A stretch of 64,000 bases of DNA from Podarcis filfolensis (GCA_964270895.1 OZ185437.1); one strand, 5' to 3'. Positions 11,417 through 25,145 are shown, numbered from the stretch's first letter. Notes: generated from the sequence alone by a model not told the origin. A program made the numbers and translations.

Positions 11417-11760
11417 CCGGACTCCTCCCCGCCTCTGCTCCGCCTGCCGCCTCCTCTGGCTTTGTTGATGTTTCACTTTGTTTTAATTCCCGGCTCCCAA
11501 GATGGAGGCGGCGCTGGGGCCACGCGAGTTCCTGCGGCTGCTCCCGGGGCTCCTGCTGCTGCTGCCCTCCTGCCTGGCCGCCCCGGAGCCGACAGCCGCT
11601 TTCTCCCAGCTCGATAGCCAGGTAAGGGAGAGGAAGGGTCTCCGGGCAGCCTCATCTTTATTCTGACGGCACCAGGACGGAGAGTACGCGGAGGGAGTGG
11701 GGAAGAGGGGCGAGCAAAGTGGACCCCTCGGAGGAGTCCGATAAAATCAAGAAACAAGAA
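11400..11760 (+). promoter_or_regulatory. GINM1: CpG island over GINM1 exon 1
   Basis: CpG-dense; YY1-like caagATGG overlaps the start codon. Confidence 0.75.
11502..11621 (+). CDS. GINM1: GINM1 exon 1 (120 nt), signal peptide
   Basis: MEAALGPREFLRLLPGLLLLLPSCLAAPEPTAAFSQLDSQ; donor CAG/gtaagg. Confidence 0.9.
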
Positions 11761-14183
11761 ATGCAGTGGGTTGGCCCCTAATCTTCCGTGCTCAGCAGCC
11801 CCTTAATTCGGAGTAAGGACTCGACATGCTGCTGTAGATAGGCGCGGCGGCGTTGCATTGTTTGTGTCTTGTCTAAGGTGCCGTGGGAGTGTGCAAGACT
11901 GAGTGTGACGTGCAGGAGCTTCGTGTGGACATCTCGAGATGGTGCCCTAGTGCCCACCTGTGTGAAATGCTCAGGCTTGTACACTTTGAAGGTGTGTGTG
12001 GGGGTTTCTTCCTCCCCCACCCCCACCCCCGTGAAGGAGCGATTTGTATATTAATATGTATGCAGAATTGCATAAGATGTGGTATCAGGCCTTGTGTGGC
12101 TTGGATGTTGGTATGAAGTACGTCAGCTGCGTGCTTGCTATATATGCATACAGGCATATGCAAGGGACCGAATGGATATGCGGTGAGAATACAGGATGTC
12201 CATTGGGCTAGGTAACACCAAGATTAGATTTTATTTGTCTGATTTGAACTTTGGGATTGAGTGCTTTCTTTAATGCATCTGGTCTGCGTTGAGAGAAGAG
12301 CATGATATTCTCAACTGTTTCTGTGCGGAAGCCTTTAATGATAAGCTATCCAACAAAAACAAATTGCTTTTGAGTGGAAAATAAAGAGGAATGTTTAAGT
12401 GATTTGTAGGTGTTACAAATCCTGTGATTTGTGGGTGTTACTAGTAGTTTCTTTAAGTTAATCACATGTTATAGCTGTGTTAGCTTGAAGCACAGGAGTG
12501 GTTTTGGTACAGTGTCCTTTACAAGCACTTAAGATGCTACTTCATTCAACTTCTGATAGCTAGCTAATTGCTAAGAGAGCTAACTCAAAATCTCCATCAC
12601 AAACATCTGAACAAGCAACGATTAGATTTGGATTAACTTTATCCCTGGTTTTCAGTGTGATGGAAAGATATGGAAAGATCCACTTAATGAAGAACTAGCA
12701 AAGTAAATACCTCAAGTGGGCGTTTATAAGACACACACTCACTCTGTGTTTTTTATATCGTTTATGAATGAACTGAAGTTTCACATGAATATGCTGTACT
12801 AGAAAAGTCAATAACTTTGCTTCTTGAAAGCATTTTTTATTTTAGAAAAGGAAGGTGCAAGAGTCTGGGGACTCTTCTTTAAAAGAGTGGTGCATATTTA
12901 CCCTTCTGGTAGTAATTCTCTTCACTACTAGGGTGATGGCTACTTGCAAGAAACAGTGGGAAATGCGAGAATTGCCCTCTGTGTCTTTGTGTACGTAATG
13001 CACAAAGAGCAAAGGAATAGTTGACACATCATAAAACTTTGATATAAAGAATGCACTTATTTCTTAATAACCCCTAAGAAGTAGATGCTGCTTGCATAAA
13101 CATAAGGGTAAAAAGATTTTGATCAGTACAGGTGTTCATGACTTGCTAAGGGTCTGGACTGCCAAAAAGAAGTATTTTTGAGGTTCTTTTGTGATTTGTT
13201 TTCCTCTATAGCTATCTCAGTGATTCCTAGGAACTATAAAATCAACAGGAGAATATCTAAGAGGAAAGTGGTCAGAAGTTCTGTCCTTCAGGCAAAACAC
13301 TGCTAGTGTTCATTCCATGAATCTGGAATGATCTTCCTTCAGTTGTTTTACTACTTCCCTACCTCCCTCTTCCCCAAAGAATTCTCATTTTCACCCTTAA
13401 CATGTAATCTTTACATCTTATATTTTAAAGCCTCCAGAAAGGCTTATTGCACCACTGGAACCTGCTGGTAGAAGTTTACCTTCAGAATACAATTATTTTA
13501 GAAATATATCTTCTTGAAAAATTGTTAGAGGAAAGGACTAAGAAAGATATTGAAAGGCAAAATAATAAAATGTCTGTTCAGTCATTTGCTTATGGTGCAA
13601 TCCTCCTACATGACCACTATTGCACAATTTCTTGCAATTTTTCTAAACTACGTAGAATATGCTCCACAGTTGCCTCCCCCCCCCCCGATCTGTTGAAATT
13701 AGTCATTCTTTGCATTCGTCACAAAGGGAACATTGTGAACTCTGGCCTTTTTGTCATAATTTTGCAGAATAGAGAGTTTTGAACTGAAGGGTCATTAAGT
13801 TCACCCAAGAAATACTCTACCCAGCCATGCAGTGTGTGTATTTGGCAGGGCAAGAAATCCTGGGACACCCAAGAGAGGTGCAGTGTGTGTGAAAATAATA
13901 TAATGTGAAAAGTACTGTTTTTATTGATTTGTACTTTTTATTATTTAAAGTTTTATCACAACATTCACAATATGTGCCAGCATAAAAGGAGGGGAGGGGA
14001 AAGAGTGCTGGGTGGGGTGACAGTTAAAGGAAATATAAACCAGGTTATACATACAAAGCCAGCATACCATCAGGTGAAGCACATATGCAGGCTAGTATAC
14101 ATTTGGTAAAATTCAGACCTAAGATGTACATTGAAACTGCTGTACCTTAGTGAATTATTGTGAGGATAAAATGAGCTTGGTGG

Positions 14184-14404
14184 TAGGGCTGGGTGATATC
14201 TGGTTTTCAACATCACGATATACCAATATATCACAATGTCTGAAATAAGGATGGAGCTATGTAGAGGCATTGGCTGGCTTCACGGTTTGCCCCACATTGT
14301 GATTTTTGCATAGGGCATGCACACCCCCCCCCCATGATTTGTGATATATTGCCAGGTCAAAAATTAAGAAACCAGTATCACGGTATGGACTCCGCCCAGC
14401 TCTT
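14184..14404. mobile_element. hAT MITE
   Basis: TIRs tagggctggg / cccagctct; 8-bp TSD CTTGGTGG at 14176-14183 and 14405-14412. Confidence 0.8.
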
Positions 14405-14789
14405 CTTGGTGGTTGGGAAATCATGCACATTCTCCTAAGCGTCTTGGAGGAAAGATAGGACATAAATGCAAATAAACAATAAATAAATAAATGAAGGAGT
14501 TCCAGAGAGGTTATGCAAACTTAGGTTTGCTAGCTGCAAACCACCCCAACAGCTTTTTATTTTGTTTGTTTTCCTGAAAATATAAATGCCAGCAGTAATT
14601 TGGATTCCATCTCTGGTGCTAATTGAATTGTAAGGCAGAGAACAGAAGTAAAGTATTGGTTAAACTTTTGTTATTTTAGACATTTGTCACAGTGTGCCAT
14701 GTGCTCTCTACTCATGGCACTCTCACGCACTGTGTTCTCATATATATAGCTTATGTTGATTGCCTTAATTTTTTAATTAAAATATAAAG

Positions 14790-14900
14790 CAGGTGTGGGG
14801 AACCTTTGGCTTGTTAGCCCCAGCAATCATGGCCAATGGCTAGGGATGGTGGGAGATGTAGGACTGCAACATCTGGAGAGCCAAAAGTTCCTCACACGTG
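14790..14900. mobile_element. hAT MITE (ctacaactccc family)
   Basis: TIRs caggtgtggggaacct / agttcctcacacgtg; TSD ATATAAAG / ATCTAAAG. Confidence 0.8.
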
Positions 14901-15422
14901 ATCTAAAGGATAATGTGAACATACAGCAAATAAGGATATAGTTAATATACCATCATTTTGACAGTTGTTTTAATATAGAAAAACCTGGATATGGAATACA
15001 ACTGCTGTACTACCTATTCCAGTAACTCAGATGAGAACCTGATGTGCTTTGTAGAATGCAATGTTTATTTTTACTCAATATCTGGCACAGATCAGGATAA
15101 ACTGCAGAATGTGGAAGTAACTTGGTGCCAATTCATCAGATTATACATTTTTTTACCAACCACACCATGATCAACTGACTGCTAGATTTCACAGCTTTTG
15201 AAAACTTGGTTGTATTCAGTTCTTCGTAATCTAAAGGTCTGTTATCTAGTTTTTATAAAATTATACTCTACTTTTTGAATATACAGGAAACACGGGTAGA
15301 TTAGAACTGGTATTGGTAAGGGTTTTGGAACTGGAAATAGAACCAGCTACCTATGTCATACTGAGGAATCTGTAACAAGTTTCTTTATTTGAAACCTCTT
15401 CCTCCTTCTCTCACACTTGCAG

Positions 15423-15473
15423 GAAAGCATCAAGATTAAAGTTACAATGCTGGAAAACAACAGGGATGGGCAG
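15423..15473 (+). CDS. GINM1: GINM1 exon 2 (51 nt)
   Basis: ESIKIKVTMLENNRDGQ; ttgcag / gtatgt flanks; phase 0-0. Confidence 0.85.
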
Positions 15474-16041
15474 GTATGTCAGACTTCCTGTACTTGCTTT
15501 AGCTTAGCCTTTTATCTTATGATTGTGATCAGTCAGTGGAAATCAAGCATGTATTTAGGGTCTAACTAATCTGTGATAGATACAGAGTAACAGGTACCGT
15601 TGATGGTAGCAAGTGATGGCACCGTGTGACTTCTTGTTTTGCTCCCCTAAAAGATTATTGTGATCAGTGGGAATTGCTTATTCCTACTGCATGGCTGGTG
15701 TAGCTTTGCAAAGCATTTTGGGGTGTCTCCAGGGAATATGGAGGTGAGAGGATGCAGAATCCTGTGCATCCTCAGCCTTGCCCACTCCATTTTGACCCCT
15801 ACCACCAGCAAAACATCTACACCTGCAGAGCTTTCCAAACATGTACGGGGGACCTCTGGTGCCAGCTGCATCCCATAACCAGTTGAATGTCAGTTCCATG
15901 ATTGCAGCCGTAACTTCTTAATGTCTGAATTCTGGTAATTGCTAAAATGATTATTTAGATTAAATAATCTTAACAATTGTGCTTGACCTTGTATTACAAA
16001 ATGTGGACATTTAACATGTTCGATTCTGTTATTTTATTTAG

Positions 16042-16138
16042 GTCATCCTTAATATTACCTATGTAAATGGTCAGGTGTATGTAAATGACTTTCCGCTGAA
16101 GAGTGGAGTTGCTCGGATTAAATGTCAGACTTTAATAT
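16042..16138 (+). CDS. GINM1: GINM1 exon 3 (97 nt)
   Basis: [32 protein letters not shown]; tttag / gtaagt flanks. Confidence 0.94.
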
Positions 16139-17711
16139 GTAAGTATTGTTTAATTCCTTACCTGTGCTGTGTGCTTCCATGCAGTTCACCACTCATGAAT
16201 AATGGTATAATAAATAAGTAACAAAATAAATCTCCACTGTTAAGGTATATTTAAACTAGATAAAATACGAAATGGAGTGCCCTCTCTATTTCTCATCCGC
16301 AGTGCTCACATATTCTGTCCATAAAAAATAATGAGTTCAAACCTTCCCTTTCTGGAACAATTAGCGAAGTTCCTGTTCAGTTAATTTATTTGTTAAAGGC
16401 AAAGAATTTGTGCCGTAGACTAGGCAGTATAAATGCAAGGATGTGACTCCACCCTGATAAGTCCTGTCTGTCTCCTTTCTTAAACTGGCATCTATCCAGA
16501 TACAGTTGTGTAAAAGAAAGAATAATAATAGAATGTTGGGAGAGTCTTTCCGATAATCTTTGCAAAACACTTTCTTCTCCTGTAGACTTTCTTAGTTTAA
16601 GTTCAATCTCCTAGAACTAGAGATTTGATTGAAAAGATTTCCTAGTAATATTTATAATGTAGTTATTTAAAATGGAAATACTGTTTCCCCACCCCCTCCC
16701 AATCTGCTTTGTCCTGGACAGAAACATCCTGATTTGGGTATACAGGCAACATTTTACATAATGAATGAAGCTAAAGCAATTACTTTCCATGGAAGAACAT
16801 TTTATGCACAGAGTAGTCTCTTGATGCACTGGTTATGGGTGGTCTCAAGGTTAAGTTCTGAGATCATCTACCCTTTATGATCAGCTCTTGCACTAAGGGC
16901 ATGCTAATGTGTTTTAAGCATTGGCTTTTGAAAGCCTAAAACATTATGCATTAATAACTAAACATGGTTTCCTTTAAGGAGACCAGGCAGAGGCTCATCA
17001 TGGTTTGGATGCAGCAAAAGTGCTCCTATGCTTTAAAAAATTAGTATAGATCTTCTAAAGGAAGTAAGTTCTCTTGAACTGAGCAGGGCATATGTCTCAA
17101 TAACCATATTTAGAAATGAGCTCTCACTGTTCTTTACTCAGATGCAGTCAACTCTCAAACCGTCACAATACAAATTTGTATTGATTTAATATAAAATCTA
17201 ACTGCTGTTGGTTCTGTAAGCCTTACGTTTGAGTTTCTGTTAAATTTCCAAGATAAGAATATAAAATGGTTCTGGGGTTGTATAATAAGAGTGCATGTTA
17301 TTACTTCCCACAATGCATTCAGACATCCACTTTGCCTTACTGGAGGGATGGAGGGAGGTCAGGGTAGGCGGGGGTCTCAACTGACACTAAATACCCCAAT
17401 CCTTGCAGAAGAAAATAGTGGGAGTTGGAACAAGCCCTTATTTTTTTTGTCTTAAACTCCAAAGACTGCTTTGACTTGTGTATTGTGGATAGAAGCTGCC
17501 TACATATTACCAACAGGGTTGGATGCATGCATGTGCAAAGCCAGCAAGACAGCCGCTCCTTCCATGGCAGAAATGTCCATAGGAGCGAGGATATAGTACT
17601 TGCCCCTGGGGCAGGGAGTTTGGATGACTGAATGGAAGCAAGTGTCCTATCATTTTCTTTCCTTCATTTTTGTGCCAAAAAGTCGTGGGGAGATTGGTCT
17701 TGGTAGACATG

Positions 17712-18101
17712 GTACACGCGGGTAGCGCTGTGGTCTAAACCACTGAGACTCTTGGGCTTGCCGATCAGAAGGTCAATAGTTTGAATCCCCGTGATGGGGT
17801 GAGCTCCTGTTGCTCTGCCCCAGCTCCTGCCAACCTAGCAGTTCGAAAGCACGCCAGTGCAAGTAGATAAATTGGTACCGTTGTGGCGGGAAGGTAAAGG
17901 GCATTTCCGTGCACTCTGGTTTCTATCACGGTGTCCTGTTGCACCAGAAGCGGTTTAGTCATGCTGGCCACATGACCAGGAAAGCTGTCCATGGACAAAT
18001 GCCAGTTCCCTTGGCCTGAAAGCGAGATGAGTGCCGCAACCCTATAGTCGCCTTGGACTGGACTTAACCGTTCAGGGGTACTTTACCTTTTTACCTTTAC
18101 T
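17712..18101 (+). mobile_element. Sauria SINE, full length
   Basis: tRNA-like head, ACCTTT tail, TSD TAGACATG at 17704-17711 and 18102-18109. Confidence 0.93.
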
Positions 18102-18506
18102 TAGACATGTGCTGTGTGCACTTATCTGAACACTATTCCTGCTCCCCTTTCTCTGCCACCAATTTTAACATGCCCCAGCTTTAGTGGGAATGCAGTGCTG
18201 AACTCAGTTCTTGGGAACCCTATGGAATGAAGGAGGCTGCTTGTGTTTCCACTTGTTCTTTGGGAAAACCAATACGCAGATGATAAAAAGTATTCTTGTT
18301 TGCATTCAGGGAAACCTTTGTACTCTCTTGGCCCATGATCACTTCTTTTGAAAGCTGCCTTGAATGCAGCAAGCAGTTCTGTTCCCGTGCAGTGAGGAGC
18401 CAAATCTAATCTGCAACGCACCGATCACCCATTTATGTGCACCTTGTTTTTAGAGATCATATCTCTCTATATAACCACTATATGACACACAGTTCTTCAT
18501 TGATAG

Positions 18507-18658
18507 TGGAGAGTAGTAACTCTGAAACACTACAGGAAGAGGAGCGATTAGGAATTGTCAGCGTTCGCATTATGGTCCACGAATGGCCGATGGCATCCCG
18601 ATCCAACTTGCGATTGATTGTCGTTCAAGAGGAAGTGACAGAAATTGATGACAAGCGA
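18507..18658 (+). CDS. GINM1: GINM1 exon 4 (152 nt)
   Basis: [51 protein letters not shown]; gatag / gtaagt flanks. Confidence 0.94.
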
Positions 18659-18954
18659 GTAAGTCATACCACTTTAAATTATTGTATTTGTTGGCCAGTT
18701 TTTAAATTCATTGGAGCACTTGGTTCCACCGTGAATGGGTAGTTTAGTTGTATGATATGCCCTGGGCCACCATATCATAACGGTGTCTGATGTTTATGCT
18801 ATTATATGTGCACTTTGGGCAGTGGACCCCAAATACATTATTTATTTACTTTCAGTATATTCTGCTGCGTATTTAAACAAAAACATTGAAGCTGTTTACT
18901 AAAGGAATCAATCTAAAAAAAAAATGCGATACAAATTCCACATTTAAAACTAAA

Positions 18955-18972
18955 CAGCAGCAGCAGCAGCAA
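18955..18972 (+). repeat. Short intronic (CAG)n
   Basis: Direct sequence. Confidence 0.8.
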
Positions 18973-20859
18973 CAATCACCCCACATTTTGAGTAACATAA
19001 GCAACAATAAATATCTCTTAAAATATAAAATAAGTAAAAGAACTAAAAACCACAAAACAAATAGGATTTAAAAAGAAACCATAACACCACAACAATATAT
19101 ACTGTATATCATCACCAAACAGGGCTTTCCAGGGACAGGGAGAAGACAGGGCTCATCTAGACTGGGACCCATTAGAAAGCCAGCCCTGCTGCTGTCACGT
19201 AATGATATTGACCTAATACCTGTTAACAGAATTTCTAGTACATAGCTGTTTTCAACTGTAGTCTTATCTTATTGTAAAATCCATTCCTGTACTGCAGAAA
19301 CTAATGATTCTAATCAAGAAACTGTCAAAAGACAATCTCTCTTCTTGTTGCCACACACATTTAGTAACAGGGCTTTCGAAGAAAAATGGTTCTGAGTTCT
19401 AAAGAAGTGACAAAACTCTTCCTCTCAAATAGTTCTGGTAGCCTGGTGATTTGCTTAAAATGTATGGTGTTTTTAAATTTTCAGCATGAGATAACTTGCC
19501 ACACCCAGTTAAGTATTGTGTACCACTGTGTACAGTACAGTACTGTTTACAGTAATTCTGTGTTGTATTGTGTTTAGTGCTCTAATTGTTTTATGCCATA
19601 TGCTCAGAAATGTGAAATGAACTAAGTGTGAAATGAACTACTGGTATTAGTTTGCTTCAACTCCACTGTTCAATGCTCAAGTCTAAGTTTCAACAGAAGT
19701 GTCAGTGTGGATATGTAATTCTTGATCGTGTCAGCATTCTTCCAGCTTGGGCACCTGAAAGCCTGGCAGAGGGCTGAACGATAAAACTTACATCAACAAA
19801 CGGCATCCTGCTACATTCCTCTTCATTCACATGTCTCTAAATTGTTAGGGTTTAGCACATTACAGTCAGATTGGATTCCCCCCTCCCCTTCACAACTCAT
19901 CATGTCAGTGTTGGCATCAGGTAGTATGATCTGGATTACTAGTGACAAAAGGACAGGAAAATCAACAAACCAGTTCTGTAATTAATATATGACGGTGCTC
20001 TAATTTTGGTGCCAAGACTTATTCAGTGAGCACTCATGGCATCCCATCTCCTGCTAAAGAGTTAATAGATTGGTGATTTGTTTAGAAAGTTTTGTTTTCT
20101 GAATTCCAGCGTTAGAGAACTTTCCCCATCCAGTTGCATTCTATGCATAATGGGGAATTGTTGCCCAGTAAGTCTGTGTTGTGTTATTTTTAGCACTCCC
20201 ATTGTTTTATGCACTATACTCAGTCTGCTGCTTATTTCTGAGTGTGATAAATGCAGCCATTAGTTTGTTTAAATGCATTTTTTCAGCTGAAGAGTAGGGT
20301 AAAAATACTTCAGAATACATATGCCTACTCTTTCTCTTCCCTTTTAAGGGAGAACCAGTCAGGGTATTAAGTACAATTACTGAAGCTGAAATAACAGCAA
20401 CAGACACTTTGGAAACAAGTTCTACTGATTCAGAGTCATTTACTTCCAGTTAAGCGCTTGGTAGAGTTTACACATCATTTATTAAAGATTTCTCATTACC
20501 ATACTATTCCAGGCGATGTGATTCACAAGATGCCTGTCTCATTTTTATCCCCATGGACTTTTGTAAATTATATTCTGCATTGAGTTCAGAATGTGGCATA
20601 TTAGAACAAAAATCCTACACCTTTATAGTGACAATTTTTTTTGGGGGGGGTACATCTTGAGGCCTTGGTAAAAAGCCCCTGTGAAAATCAGCCCGACACT
20701 TGGTGGCAACTGAAAGGGCAACTTTATTGTTATGAGTGATCAGAAAAGGGAACTTTGTGGGGCTGTATGTTAACATAACCATAGAAAAGCTCAGGACGTT
20801 ACTGGTTCAAATCCACACAGAGACAGAAACATTTTAGGGAGATGGGTGCAGTCCAGGTA

Positions 20860-21175
20860 GGCCGGAGAAACACTGGTGTCAGCAGCTCTGAAGAGCTGCT
20901 TCCAGTCAGTGTCGACCAAGCAGTTAACATGCTACTCTATGGACTATAACTTCCAACTTTCCTGACCATTGGCCATGCTGGAGCCCAACAACATCTGACG
21001 CATAGCTGTCAACGTTTCCCTTTTTTAAAGGGAAATTCCCTTATTCCAAATAGGATTCCTCGCAAGAAAAGGGAAAAGTTGACAGCTATGATCTGACGGG
21101 CAGCATGATACCTGTAAACAATATTGAGCTGGATGGACAAATAATCTGACTCGGTATAAAGCAACTTATACTATA
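20860..21175 (+). mobile_element. Squam3-like SINE fragment interrupted by a hAT MITE, which is itself interrupted by a 90-bp MITE
   Basis: cagtcagtgtcgac ... aatattgagctggatggac matches the continuous SINE at 22155-22200. Confidence 0.65.
21001..21090. mobile_element. 90-bp palindromic hAT-type MITE
   Basis: Perfect 13-bp TIR CATAGCTGTCAAC / GTTGACAGCTATG; perfect 8-bp TSD ATCTGACG at 20993-21000 and 21091-21098. Confidence 0.92.
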
Positions 21176-22041
21176 TATTTTTCCAGTTTCACAGAACTGA
21201 AAATAAAATGCTGCCATTATTTAAGTGTGGGGTATTCCTTCCTTATCTGAGTGCAGTCGTGGTGGTAGAGGGTCCTGTGTTTGGATTAGAATGAGGGGGC
21301 AGCTTCCTTCCATCCCAAGATTTTGGCAGATGCTGTTCTGTGGATAGTTCTATTAGCCAGATGCACGAAATACTAGCATTGAGATCATCAGATGAAACTG
21401 ACAGCTCATACAGGAATTAACATTTGGCACAGAATTATTCGCGATTCTCTTCTTCAATTACTTTAAAACAAAACAGCATTCCCATACCACATGACACTGC
21501 TGCTTTTTCATACTTCCCCACATTGGCCCTCATTCCAGAGAGATGTTCAGCATGTTTATGTTGTAGTGGGTAGGCCCCATTTCCTGGTAATGTTTTAATG
21601 AAAGATTAGGATCATGGGTTTGTTGGCTATTTGCAGATTAGTTGCGCTACAGAAAGCTTGCTGGGGAGCTAGGTTTTAATAACAAAAACAAAAACTCCTT
21701 TTACATTAAATATATCAATAAGCATAACCCAACCACCAGGATACTGAGAGAGCTAGGTGCTGCTCTTTATATTCTATACCCAATTGCTGACACAGCTTAA
21801 TTAACACAACTTAACAGCACCTGCTATACTGCTTCACAGCTGTAAAACTAGGTCACGTTATTTGCTCTGGCCCTTAAAGAAATACACATCTTGTGGAACA
21901 ATAATGAACCTTCAACTTTCAAGAGACAATTCAACAGGGTTGCTCTTTAGAAGAGAGTCAATATCACATTCTGCCCTTCACCTTAATATCTCTTTAGTGA
22001 GACTCCAAAAAGGGCTACAGTGAGTGGAATCTTTATTTAAC

Positions 22042-22230
22042 GAGGAAGAACCATGGTTCACTGGTAGAGCATCTGCTTTGCTTGAAAAGGTATGAGGTTC
22101 AGTCCCCAGCATCTCCAGTTTGGGCTGGGAATGGCTCCTGCCTGAAGAGTGGCTACTGGTCAGTGTTGACAATACTGCGCTAGATGGACCATTGGTCTGG
22201 CTCAGTATAAGGCAGCTTCCTATGTTCCTA
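22042..22230 (+). mobile_element. tRNA-derived SINE with CR1-like tail (Squam3-like)
   Basis: tggttcactggtagagc (A-box-like), ggttcagtcccc (B-box-like), tail ggcagcttcctatgttccta. Confidence 0.75.
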
Positions 22231-22368
22231 AATCAAACAGACTTTTCATCTTGGCATTCTGTTTATCTTTTATACATCTGCCTTTTTATTTTCACCATTT
22301 CAAAAAAAGCACCTAATGCTCTGGTTTCAAGAGGATTGCTCATAAATAGTTATACTTCTCTTTTGCAG

Positions 22369-22525
22369 GTTCAGCAAGATGAAGTGACTGAAATAGACAT
22401 CTTGGTAAAGGACTTAAGAGTCCTTAGGCACTCAAATTACACTGTTCCTTTGAAGGAGAGCATGCTGTATTCCATCCCCAGAGACAATGATATCTTGTTC
22501 ACATTTCCAAACATTGCAGGAAAAG
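22369..22525 (+). CDS. GINM1: GINM1 exon 5 (157 nt)
   Basis: [52 protein letters not shown]; ttgcag / gtatgc flanks. Confidence 0.95.
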
Positions 22526-23068
22526 GTATGCAGTGATGCTGATCTCTGACAAACCGGTTTGACTTCTTCATTACAGAAAGTGTTGCCATAATTTTTTGCC
22601 TTTTCATTTAAGTTTTCCTGTATTACTTTTCAGTATCCATACACCGAAAGGGAGAACATCCAATCTATTTTAAGTTGATTGATTTTAAAATGTCTATAGG
22701 CTGCTTTTCCGATGTTCTAAGTGGTGTGCATCATTTAAGAACAACTTGGTAAATGAAAGCAGCAAATAATGATAAAACAATCCCCAAACTAGTGAATCAG
22801 CCAAAATGCCAGCTAAGAAGTCTTTCAAGTCTTATGGGAAATGGCCAGAAATTGACTCCTCAATTTTAAAGGCAGGTCAAATTTGTTTGTTTGTCATTCT
22901 TTTTAGTATGTTGTATTGTGAAACAAAATGCACAAGTATATTTGGATATACTCAAAATGTAGCATTACTTTGTTATTTTGCTTGCTTGCTTTCCCCTGGA
23001 ATTATCTATGGAGGTGGGGAGGCATCTACTTGTTAAGCTAACCTCTTTCTTTTCTTTTTAAAAAATAG

Positions 23069-23199
23069 ATATTGAAAGCCCACTACAAACAACCAGTCAC
23101 TACCTTCTAAGACAAGTAGAAACTACAGTGGATGAAGAGACAATGCCTGGCAAGTTGCCAGAGACTCCTCTCAGAACAGAGCCTCCATCCTCTTATAAG
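23069..23199 (+). CDS. GINM1: GINM1 exon 6 (131 nt)
   Basis: [44 protein letters not shown]; aatag / gtcttt flanks. Confidence 0.93.
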
Positions 23200-25145
23200 G
23201 TCTTTTCTGTTACTGTTACACCACTATTGTAGGGTGGGGCATTCCCGTGAGACATTCCAGGAGCCTAAATTATGTGGGGGACAACAAAACAGCAGGGCAG
23301 AGTACTGCTGGGACAGAGGAAACTGCTCCCTACCCTTTCCAAAAAATGTCATAGAGTTGTTCTGATTGCAGAAGGGACTTCAACCCAAAACCCCAATGGC
23401 AGGGAAGGCCAAGAGCTGGGCATACATGCACCTTTCAGAGAAGAGAATTCACAATGCCCAAGGCCAAGCTTGTGTGTTCTCAGCTCCTTTCCTCCTGGGA
23501 TATGAGAGCACAGGTGTCTTTTTTACACATTCAACTGATCTCTTACTGGTTGGGAGCATGGCCTATGGGCATGGTCTTCCTCCTGCTCTACAAGATGATT
23601 GAACATATGTGATGTTCATCAAGGAGCTGAATGTTTCTTGCCCTGTAACTGAACACAAAATAGAAAAGTTAATTTAAACATGAAAAAGAAAACATGAAAC
23701 CAAACTAATAACCAAATGTATTATAGTCAAAATCGTGCGCAAAAAAGGCATATATACCTTGAGCTAAAATGTATTGGTATTTGTATGCTAATTCTAGTAT
23801 TTTCAGATCCAAGATAAGCAAATTAAAAGTTCCTGGAATTAAAGAAAAGCATATACTTAAAACATAGTTAAAATATCAGAAGCATTATGGTGATAATCTA
23901 TTTCCTACTCCTGGGTATAAAAATTCCAGAGGCCCCACTTGGAGTGGTGTTAGTCTGCATAAAAGAGGACATTACATATAATAAATTAAAAATAATAAAA
24001 GAAGAAATCCCGTCACAGAAATACCAGGCCTCCAAAATAATATATTATGAACATGTTATTATGCTCCTGACCAAAACTCTGATGATGATTTTCAGACAGA
24101 CAAGCCGGGTAGGCAGCCAAAGGAGAAACTATTGTAATAATGGACAACTTAAATTATCCTCACTTTGGGTAAATATCCGGCCATAACAAAAAGACAAATT
24201 TCTAGATACAATAAATACTTGTGTCTCAAATTCAGCATTTCATAATCATTGTAAGCTTGCCCAGAAAGTGCAGTAACGTGGCATTCAATTTCAGAAGAGG
24301 AAGTGTCTAAAAATGAGAGGTTAGTTACAAAGGAAGTTTAAAAAATTCTGCTTACTGCTGCAGTCCCCAGAGCTATATTCCACACTGTCACCAATGGTCT
24401 CCCAAGTCTCTGGAACAGATTTTTGAGGGACATGGCGGGGTTATAGAGGGAAGTAAATTGGCACAAATGACTTCTCCTTCTCTTATATAAACAGACCCCA
24501 CTGCTAGATCAAAAGCTGTTCCAGTATCACCCAATAATTATAACAGAGTCAGATAAAAATGTACAGGTGCAAACGAGTCCAAGAGAACGGCAGTGTGGTT
24601 AAATAGCAACGTCAAGGAAGCTGTCAAAGGTGAGTTAGTATCCTTTTTGAACAAAGGAGGGAAACAAAAAATATCGGCCAAAACAAGTGTAAGTTTATGA
24701 GGCAAGTACAGAAGGAATTTGAGAAGCTTCGGGCAACTGTGGGGGTGGAAGAGGGGAAGTGAAACTTTCCTTCCATGATCTTCTTTTTGTTCACTTATCT
24801 TAAGATCTAAGTATCTGTGTAGATACAGCATATATATCATGTGCTGAAGGCATAGAAGAGGAAAAAGCTGCTGCCGCCAGGCTTGCAAACTTCACCTCTA
24901 AACTGGCCACTTTTGGATAGAGTGCAGGGCTAGAGCCACCACTCTGATCAGCCCCCGCTAGTCTTAATCACTGTTTATTTATCAGTAAATAAATAGTGGT
25001 TGAGAGCTAAAAAGATCATTTAAATTGGAGCAGTTGGGCTTCCGAAGAGGATCTGTGGTCTGAGATTTGAAACAGATATACCACCTTCTGTGTTTAGTGG
25101 GCATCAGTGATGGGTATTTAACTGGCAGTATTGTTGCACTTGCAG

